This document shows, in pieces, positions 1-5,719 of a stretch of 5,719 bases of DNA. The notes below the pieces were generated by a model that saw only the letters and a list, made by a program, of their open reading frames with translations, was not told where the DNA came from and made no database searches. Both the position numbers and the translations under genes were made by a program. Each line of letters opens with the position of its first letter. The first letter of the stretch is position 1. This stretch comes from Takakia lepidozioides (lineage: Eukaryota; Plantae; Bryophyta), in NCBI GenBank assembly GCA_030704615.1, contig JAKLZA010000188.1, positions 1-5,719 of the forward strand, read 5' to 3'.

Positions 1-663
1 GGGATATAACACTGCCCCACCAACGAGGACATCGTAAGAGATTGCGTCTGTCACAATGGCCCTGGCTCGCATCACTGAGCCATCTCTAGGATGATCCGGC
101 TGCAGTCTAATGGCCAACTGATGCCGTGTCATGGCCCCGAGCCTGCTCTGATCCTCCCAGAGATGTCTGTATTTGGAAAGGACAAGGCTCCATATCCGCC
201 TCCATGAGGCCCAAACCTGCAACAGCAGCTCTGCCCAACATCAGTGGCTGTGAGCTCCCGAGTCCAACAAGACCCGCAGTGGCCGGTACTCTTGCCTGCC
301 GGTCCACTCAAAGTGAAAATGCCTCCTGGTTGTCTAACAAGACAACTCCAGGTGTCACCATGGCGCGCTCAAAGACTGCCTCTAGCTGGCAGCTCCGTCA
401 ACCTGGCAGCTACAGCTTGCCATGGCGCAGCTATGGCAGTCTTGACCCTCAAATCCAAGGATCCCTCTGCCACTATACCTTCCACTAACTCCGCAGAAGA
501 TGAAGTGACCTCCCCACTCTCACAGAGTGTTGCTGCTTAGTCTAAACACTGCGCTGGTCTTACCCCGGCGTCGCAATCATGGTTGCTGAGAACAGTGGGG
601 TTTGACACACAGAGGTGGCTGCCCCCCCAACAACAACACCGGTTGCACTAGCCTTGGCAGCAC
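1..663 (+). pseudogene. Degenerate coding-like flank interrupted by the LTR; weak resemblance to the L1-type LINE ORF1 C-terminal half
   Basis: Fragments: MALARITEPSLG, PRAC (135-146), IRLHE, LACRST..KVK.C (291-322, incomplete zinc-knuckle-like), then an S/T/P/A-rich tail running to 663. The first Cys and the His of a CCHC knuckle are not readable. Confidence 0.25.
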
Positions 664-1123
664 TGTCGCGCGGCTTTTACTCCCCATCCCTTCGCTATCC
701 GAGGCGGAAACTCCAAGATAGAAAGAGTTGGAAATCTCTAAGTACTCAGCCCGCGAGAACAATCAGTCATGACCTACAGCTAGTGTATCATGGGGGTGTT
801 TCCTATTTGTTTCCTTTTCCGCATTCATCTTAGCTACCTCACCATTGATAATTAAGTATCAGTTTGCTTCATCAATTATCGGTTTCCTTAACTCCTCCAT
901 TCAATCCACAGCTTCACTCAGATCTCTCTACACAGTGTGATTGTATCGTATAATATCAGATTATGATTTATCAGGTATCAGGCCGACCGCCGAAATCCAT
1001 TTGTCTCTAATCTGCTCTACAATATCACTCTAGCTTTGCAATGACAAACATCTACTAATCCTCTTTTCTCCTTCATCGTGCTTCCGATCTCCGCTCCCGC
1101 CTGTCTCCGAAGTCCTCCCGAAT

Positions 1124-1199
1124 AATGATCCCTTTCCTATTCCCCGTTCTTCCTTTATCCTCCTATCCGCGGTTTCTAACCGTTTCCCTCTCTAACCGT
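1124..1199 (-). promoter_or_regulatory. Candidate LTR core promoter: two ACGGTTAGA motifs, TATA-like GATAAA and Inr-like TCATT
   Basis: Minus strand has ACGGTTAGA at 1199-1191 and 1183-1175, GATAAA at 1159-1154 and TCATT at 1128-1124. The A of TCATT is 33 nt downstream of the start of GATAAA, compatible with TATA-Inr spacing. The TATA is non-canonical. Confidence 0.4.
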
Positions 1200-1285
1200 C
1201 GTATGTGAACTAACATGTTCCCTTCACTGGTGTTGTTCCCCACAGTCGTTCCCTGTCCTACTCTTCGTTCCCTATTATCGTGACC

Positions 1286-1660
1286 GCTGTGTCAAGCGGT
1301 GACTGGCTTGTGTTTGGCTGTGTCTGCTGTGACTGGCTGTGTGGGCTGTGGACTGGCTGGGTGGGGCTGTGTCTGCTGTGACGACTGTGAAGGGCTGTGT
1401 GGGCGTGTGTGGGCTTGTGACGAATGGGACGGCTTGTGGGGCTGTGTTTGTGTGACGGGTGTGTGACGGGCCTTGTGTGGCGTGTGGGCTGTGCTCTGGC
1501 TTGTGTGGCTGTGGGGGCTTGTGACGACTGTGACGGGCTGTGTTGGCTGTGTGGGTTGTGACGACTGTGACGGCTGTGTGGGCTGTGACGACTGTGAAGA
1601 GCTGTGCTGGCTGTGTTGGCTGTGTGGGCTGTGACTGTTGTGTCGGTGTGTGGGCTATGT
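1286..1660. repeat. Degenerate 9-bp minisatellite (about 40 units; GGCTGTGTG / GGCTGTGAC / GACTGTGAC variants) inside the LTR
   Basis: Units are directly readable, e.g. from 1572: ggctgtgtg|ggctgtgac|gactgtgaa(g)|agctgtgct|ggctgtgtt|ggctgtgtg|ggctgtgac. Strong G/T bias on the + strand. Copy number is estimated as length divided by 9. Confidence 0.92.
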
Positions 1661-1784
1661 AACCCCCTCTACAGTGCGCTGCTGTCACCCCTAAGTTCCT
1701 GTTTTGTCTCAGTCTGTGCAAAAATTAAGGGTACCCTACAGATCCCGTATAAGTGTCTAAGTCCCCTACAGTCCTCTAACATTA

Positions 1785-1797
1785 CCCTTCCCCCCTC
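1785..1797 (-). other. Polypurine tract (plus-strand primer site)
   Basis: GAGGGGGGAAGGG (13 purines) on the minus strand, preceded by TTTTT (1802-1798) and followed by TAA, then TGTTAG. Confidence 0.85.
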
Positions 1798-1803
1798 AAA
1801 AAG

Positions 1804-1817
1804 CCGTGTCCTCACGG
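1804..1817 (-). other. PPT-proximal stem-loop CCGTG-AGGA-CACGG
   Basis: Perfect 5-bp stem with a 4-nt AGGA loop, just upstream of the T5 tract and PPT. Confidence 0.6.
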
Positions 1818-2079
1818 TTTACTGTTTCCGAGTAGCAACCCTTTGTGAGTGAGCACCTTGTTGACGTTGAGAGTTTCGTGGTGGGCTGTGTGTACGAGCC
1901 CGAGTCTGTCTCTGGTTTGATGGAGATGGTTGATCACTACTGGATAAGTGAGGCCTTCTGGAGATTGATATCGAGGTAATCTTTCCGGCATAGGAGATCC
2001 CTTTGTTCTTTCTTTCCATCTGAATGCATAGTCTTCTCCCATGTCAAAAGAATTGGTGAAGAAACAGTTGTATCAGAAT

Positions 2080-2830
2080 CCTCATCGCCCTCTCAGGTGT
2101 TTAATTTTCGAACTTTTTGTGGAATCATCTGGGGATACAATGCTGTCCTACCATGTCTGGAAGTTTGCATTTTACAACTTGGTGTAACCGTTGAACAGCA
2201 AAATGGTGTAGACACTGAGCTCCTTGTCTGTCCAGATGAGTGGGGTACCAATTACTGGTGCCCGCGTGCAAGTATTTCCATGCGATATGTCCCTTATAGA
2301 AAATGTCATCAAGTCCGAATTTCTGTGTTGACAAAATTGTTGCAGGCGCTTGAAACCATGAACGAATTTGAGAATCCTTTTGTATCATAACTTTTGGGTC
2401 ATATGTGACATATGAGGTGGCACCGAAGGTAATACCCATGATCTCCACTGGAGTAACTTTGAAAGCGTGCTTGCATCTTTTGTTGCTCTATGTGGTAACG
2501 TATAGAAAACAAGCAAGCGTAGTATAGCCCGCACCCCATGACAATACTTGCTATCTCCTTGGTCTTGGTATAAATGAGTCCATGTACACACCTGGAAAGC
2601 AACCAATTCCCTCAACATGGTACCTGCCTCGTCGTGCCAGTATTGTGCAAAGTGATGATCTTCAATATGTCGATTGTTTGGAAGAACTTTAGTCCTGGTT
2701 GCCACTGGCAGCCAGATAGCATGATTTGGTAGTAATGTGCGAATGACTGCGGAGGACTAAATTCTTTCCAAGCCAAATCCAACATGATGGGAATTTGGTT
2801 GAAAGGGCATAATCATAGCCTCTGTACTCC
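2080..2830 (-). pseudogene. Unnamed globular C-terminal domain of the accessory ORF
   Basis: Stitched segments: EYRGYDYAL / FNQIPIMLDLAWKEFSPPQSFAHYYQIMLSGCQWQPGLKFFQTID (2803-2669, a frame missing from the ORF track) / IEDHHFAQYWHDEAGTMLRELVAFQV / HGLIYTKTKEIASIVMGCGLYYACLFSIRYHIEQQKMQARF / KVTPVEIMGITFGATSYVTYDPKVMIQKDSQIRSWFQAPATIL. The sequence is aromatic-rich and complex. Confidence 0.55.
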
Positions 2831-3147
2831 CTGGCAGCTGGAGTTTTAGGTGGGTTAAAAGCTGCATTGCCCCATACCTCCGGCTGTGGGTGGCTGTGGT
2901 GTGTGGTTGTAGTAACCACAGGTTCAGCTACTGGTACACTGACCTGTTTGTGTGGGGTGGTGGTACTGGTTCGTACCATTGGCATCTTCCTGCACCTCCT
3001 GTGAAGACTGAAAAGCCAGAGTTCTGGCTTGCAATAAGAAGCCATTAGCTGTTCCTGAGGGATTAGACTCTTTGGTCGATGTTTGAAGGAGGGTCTTCCA
3101 CTTGAGTCTGGAGTCCGTCTACATCCCTTGTTGTAACTCTGCTTATC

Positions 3148-3172
3148 CTACTATAGACATTGTCTATAGTAG
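3148..3172. repeat. Perfect inverted repeat with 12-bp arms and a 1-nt spacer
   Basis: CTACTATAGACA-T-TGTCTATAGTAG; the arms are exact reverse complements. Confidence 0.95.
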
Positions 3173-3309
3173 TTGGTGGCAATGTTCTGCACCTGCCAGT
3201 CTGAGCTCATTTCATCTCGCTTTGGGTGAGCTTCCGTGGGCTTTTGCCCTCTACTGCGCCCTTGTGCTAACCAGACCTACATAAGGCTGTTATCCACCAA
3301 GCTGCTTGT

Positions 3310-3898
3310 GGTTCCCCCCTGAGAGTTTGCTCCTCTCTTAGCTTATACAATTCCAACTGCTGTTGTAAAGCCTTCATGCGCTTCGCCTGGGGCTCAACCA
3401 ATTGCGCATAGGCAGCAAGTAGATTATTGGCTTCTTTCGAAGCCTTGTTATGGACCGCGATTTCATTTCTATTGGCCACGATGTTTGTTGCAACTCCACG
3501 ATGTTGTATTCTCATTCTCAGCTTCCATCTGCCTGTATTGCTTGAAGTATCTTCATTGCGACAGATTGTATTCTTCATATCGACAATGAGTTCATGTGCT
3601 CCACATTCTCTTCTTCTGCCTTCGTACATTTTTCCGCTTGACTGTTTATTTCTTTTGTTGATTGGTCAAGCATAGTTTGTAAATGTAGACGCATTGTATC
3701 TCCATCCTGTTATGCACTGTCTGCAACTCCGTATGTAGTGCATTCAGTTCTTGCAACTTGCTTTCATGCTGTACCTGCATTTGGGTATAGCTGTTGCTTA
3801 TGTTGCTTCGTGCAACTGGTCTTGCGCAAGGCCGCCTCAATCAATTGTTGCTTGGCCAATTGCAAAGCCATTTCTGTATTGGCAAAGTCCTGCTTCAT
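3310..3898 (-). pseudogene. Coiled-coil segment of the accessory ORF (about 195 aa)
   Basis: E/Q/K/L/A-rich, Pro-poor helical segments in successive frames: MKQDFANTEMALQLAKQQLIEAALRK / QMQVQHESKLQELNALHTELQTVH / QDGDTMRLHLQTMLDQSTKEINSQAEKCTKAEEEN / YFKQYRQMEAENE / NRNEIAVHNKASKEANNLLAAYAQLVEPQAKRMKALQQQLELYKLREEQ. Confidence 0.7.
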
Positions 3899-4759
3899 CT
3901 TGAGGTGACCTCTTCATCGACTTGTTTGAACACTAGTGGCAAGTCGAGCTCAAACTCCTTCCTGAGTTATTCTTTCAATGCTGTCAATTGGGTTTTGGAA
4001 CATGGTGTTTTGACATAAGTCCCCACAAATTAAGTGTCCTGCCTATGGAATTCATCAGCATTGCCTGTTGAGGGTCATCATGGTGAGGTTGCTGCGTTCC
4101 TCCCATCTTCAACAGTATGATGTCTCACTAACCATTCAGACCATTGTCCCACCGGATCTTCCTGAACTACTTCATTTATGACCGGTGCTACAGTGTCATG
4201 GCCTCCGCCTGTGGTACCTCCGACACAGGTGTGTGCATTATTGTACCTCAGGATTTTTCTTGGGCAACTGTTGCACCTCTGGGATTTCTTTGTCTGCTTG
4301 ACCAGCCAGAATATTCATAGAGAAGGTCCCCTTTCTCTATTTCCGCCACTATTCTGTTCGGTAGTTGAATAGTGAATATCATCCTTACTTTCCAAATCTA
4401 TTATTTCGGGTTGAGCTGCATGGATAACTGTGACCTTGTGACAAGTCGTTCAAGTGGCTGTGTGTTGGTTTGATGCAGAAGAAGTAACTCTTCCTCCCTC
4501 GAAGGTCCTGCTTCCAGTAATAACATTCTTTGTGCTGCTGTGCCCCTCCCTGGTCATGAGCTTGGAAACATTTCATGCGGAATCCGTGAAGCCAGTGGAT
4601 CCGCCACTACAGTCTTTCCCCTTTCTCTGCCTCTTAGTCTCGGGTGTGCTGCTAGTCCCACCTCACTGTGTGTGAAGAGCCTTGCTCTTCCATTGCAGTT
4701 GTTTCTGGCTCAAAACACTCCCATTTCCTTCCTTTCTTGTGCATTAAGTATGCCAGAAC

Positions 4760-5300
4760 TAAGATTATTTGAGCAATGATTGGGCAGACACTATGATAGG
4801 AGATTTTGCGGGGGAGTACCTGTAATTTTTCATCTCCTCTACCAGTGAGTTGTAACATTATGTCCGCCCATGGCTAACTCTTGTCCTTCAAGGCCTTTGA
4901 GGATTTCCTCTGTGAAGGATCTGCTCAATATTGTTGGTTTCGTTTCAGGGCAATCAGAACGTTCAATAATGGCCTATGTCTTTTAACCCTGGGTACACAG
5001 TTGGTACAAGCATTAACCCTGAGTGTTAAAGAAACTCCCTTCTTGGAATAAATCACCCTATTTGCAGTCTTTCTTTCTCTGTGTTCCTCAACATACACAT
5101 GACCTTCTGGCAATCGAAACAATTGTGGAGGTATAGGGGAGTAATCATTAATTCAAACTCCCTTCACCGTTGTTGTTCCTGTCTTTGGCTCAAAAGTTCT
5201 GCAAAAATTGTAACATGTACTGTCTATGTGTGTGTCCAATCCATGCTTTGCAATCCTTCCAATCTCAGCTCCTTCAGGATCTTTATCGCCTGTGGGGTAG
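4760..5300 (-). pseudogene. N-terminal domain resembling the 'putative plant transposon protein' (Transposase_32-type)/PMD-like domains of plant LTR extra ORFs
   Basis: Stitched segments: LRLEGLQSMDW (5268-5236) / CYNFCRTFEPKTGTTTVKG (5215-5159) / ELMITPLYL (5154-5128) / LFRLPEG (5122-5102) ... KPTILSRSFTEEILKGLEGQEL (4940-4875) / WADIM (4870) / YNSLVEEMKNY (4854-4822) / CPIIAQII (4786-4763). The order matches the recalled pattern F..F....TVxG..hxIT...h..hFxLP.G ... G..h.WA.hh...L..E ... P.h..h. No HMM search was run. Confidence 0.55.
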
Positions 5301-5719
5301 CCATCGTTTGTTCTGCTAGAATATTGTGGTGCTCTTCAACCCTGATTTCCTCCATTCCTCTCACTCTCTTCATCTTAGACTCACAGAACTGCTTTGGTTT
5401 TTGTAACAAGCTGCAGGAATGCCTGGAGTGCACAAAGCAGAAACGTATATGGTTGCCCGCAGGAAGAAAGCTATGGGAATCTCTTGTAAGCCGCGGGGTT
5501 GCAAGCATTGTCAAGAGAAAGGAAAAGCTCGTCTTTCGTTTCGTTTTTTGTCTCTGCCATTGCGTTAAGTAATATTGCGAGCGTATAGTCTGTTAGCTCC
5601 TCCATAGTTTCCAAGTTATAGCATTTATGGCCTGTCCTGTCGAGGACGCCCGTTACTCAGAAACGACGCCGCCTCTTGCGCTTAATTTCCCTCCATTTTC
5701 TTGATCATTTTTCTGGTTT

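Larger units (their letters stand above)
664..1781 (-). repeat. Putative 3' LTR (about 1.1 kb), TGTTAG...GCGACA on the minus strand
   Basis: The start at 1781 is well defined by the adjacent PPT. The end at 664 is tentative. The + strand TGTCGCGCGG at 664 gives TGT...ACA termini and falls where coding-like flank (VAAPPTTTPVALALAA) changes to non-coding DNA. Alternative ends are 528 (TGTTG) and 1658 (TGTAAC). The second LTR is not in the window. Confidence 0.6.
664..5719 (-). mobile_element. 3' portion of an LTR retrotransposon (probably Ty3/gypsy) with a long accessory ORF; continues beyond the right edge
   Basis: Minus strand reads ...CCGTGAGGACACGGC-TTTTT-GAGGGGGGAAGGG-TAA-TGTTAG..., the canonical order of U-tract, PPT, short spacer and TG LTR start. 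Degenerate coding sequence lies upstream and non-coding, repeat-rich DNA downstream. The GAGGAC hairpin before the PPT is typical of plant gypsy elements. pol is not in the window, so the superfamily is inferred. Confidence 0.8.
1812..5719 (-). pseudogene. Frameshift-disrupted long accessory (extra) ORF of the retrotransposon, about 1,200-1,300 codons if continuous
   Basis: Protein-like segments continue across alternating minus-strand frames from the window edge to just before the PPT. Examples are MEELTDYTLAILLNAMAE (5605), MKRVRGMEEIRVEEHHN (5373), the coiled coil (3898-3310), the C-terminal domain (2830-2080) and a basic tail ending at 1819 or 1812. Continuity as one gene is inferred, and 5719-5400 could be a separate ORF. 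Confidence 0.7.

Noticed and set aside
967-985. TTTATCA-GGTATCAGGCC, resembling an LTR end plus tRNA-iMet PBS (TGGTATCAGAGCC) on the + strand
   Set aside because: It needs two edits to match, no gag follows, and only a weak GGGGG-TGTT lies upstream. It is more simply LTR-internal sequence, though not fully excluded.
1280-1303. Small hairpin ACCGCT-N6-AGCGGT at the minisatellite border; also 8-bp arms CACTATTC/GAATAGTG at 4347-4374
   Set aside because: Stems this short with free loop lengths are expected by chance in 5.7 kb.
1286-1660. Possible CRISPR array or telomeric repeat
   Set aside because: The units are contiguous degenerate 9-mers with no unique spacers and no cas genes nearby. The unit is not TTTAGGG/TTAGGG-like and the array is internal to an LTR.
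1275-1721. 148-aa minus-strand ORF rich in H/T/Q/P/S
   Set aside because: It stays open only because the C/A-rich strand of the 9-bp minisatellite lacks stop codons, and it lies within the LTR.
1798-1820. Hairpin plus U-tract resembling a bacterial intrinsic terminator
   Set aside because: The context is a retroelement, with the PPT and TG LTR start immediately following, and there is no prokaryotic gene organisation.
1812-3045. Retroviral-type env assignment for the 3' ORF
   Set aside because: No clear signal peptide, furin site plus fusion peptide, or C-terminal transmembrane anchor is visible.
3645-3695. Possible short intron on the minus strand (ATGCGT...TTGAC...AAG)
   Set aside because: There is no proper GT donor, and another frame reads through as good coiled coil (DTMRLHLQTMLDQSTKEINSQ), so a frameshift explains it better.
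5081-5572. 163-aa + strand ORF and other + strand ORFs between 2097 and 4779
   Set aside because: These are antisense shadows of the minus-strand coding region, with Cys/Leu/Ser/Phe-rich composition and no recognisable motifs.
5663-5683. KRKRRRR NLS-like peptide on the minus strand
   Set aside because: It is flanked by stops in its frame and an alternative frame (AQEAASFL) is equally plausible, so the true frame cannot be assigned.

Overview
This is eukaryotic repetitive DNA, probably plant (non-seed plant is my inference from sequence style, unverified). Most of the window (about 664-5719, minus strand) is the 3' part of an LTR retrotransposon, most likely Ty3/gypsy. Read on the minus strand it has four parts. 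First is a roughly 3.9 kb sense-oriented accessory reading frame, broken by many frameshifts, with no recognisable gag, RT, RNase H, integrase or chromodomain motif. It encodes a 'plant transposon protein'/PMD-like domain, a low-complexity linker, a long coiled coil and an unnamed globular C-terminal domain. Second is a small CCGTG-AGGA-CACGG hairpin followed by T5. Third is a polypurine tract at 1797-1785. Fourth is a 3' LTR starting TGTTAG at 1781 and probably ending GCGACA at 664. The LTR holds about 40 copies of a 9-bp minisatellite, clustered short motifs and a TATA/Inr-like pair. Positions 1-663 look like degenerate plus-strand coding DNA interrupted by the element, with a weak resemblance to LINE ORF1. 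No intact gene, RNA gene or CRISPR array is supported. All peptides were stitched across frames by eye and family assignments come from motif recall, not searches.
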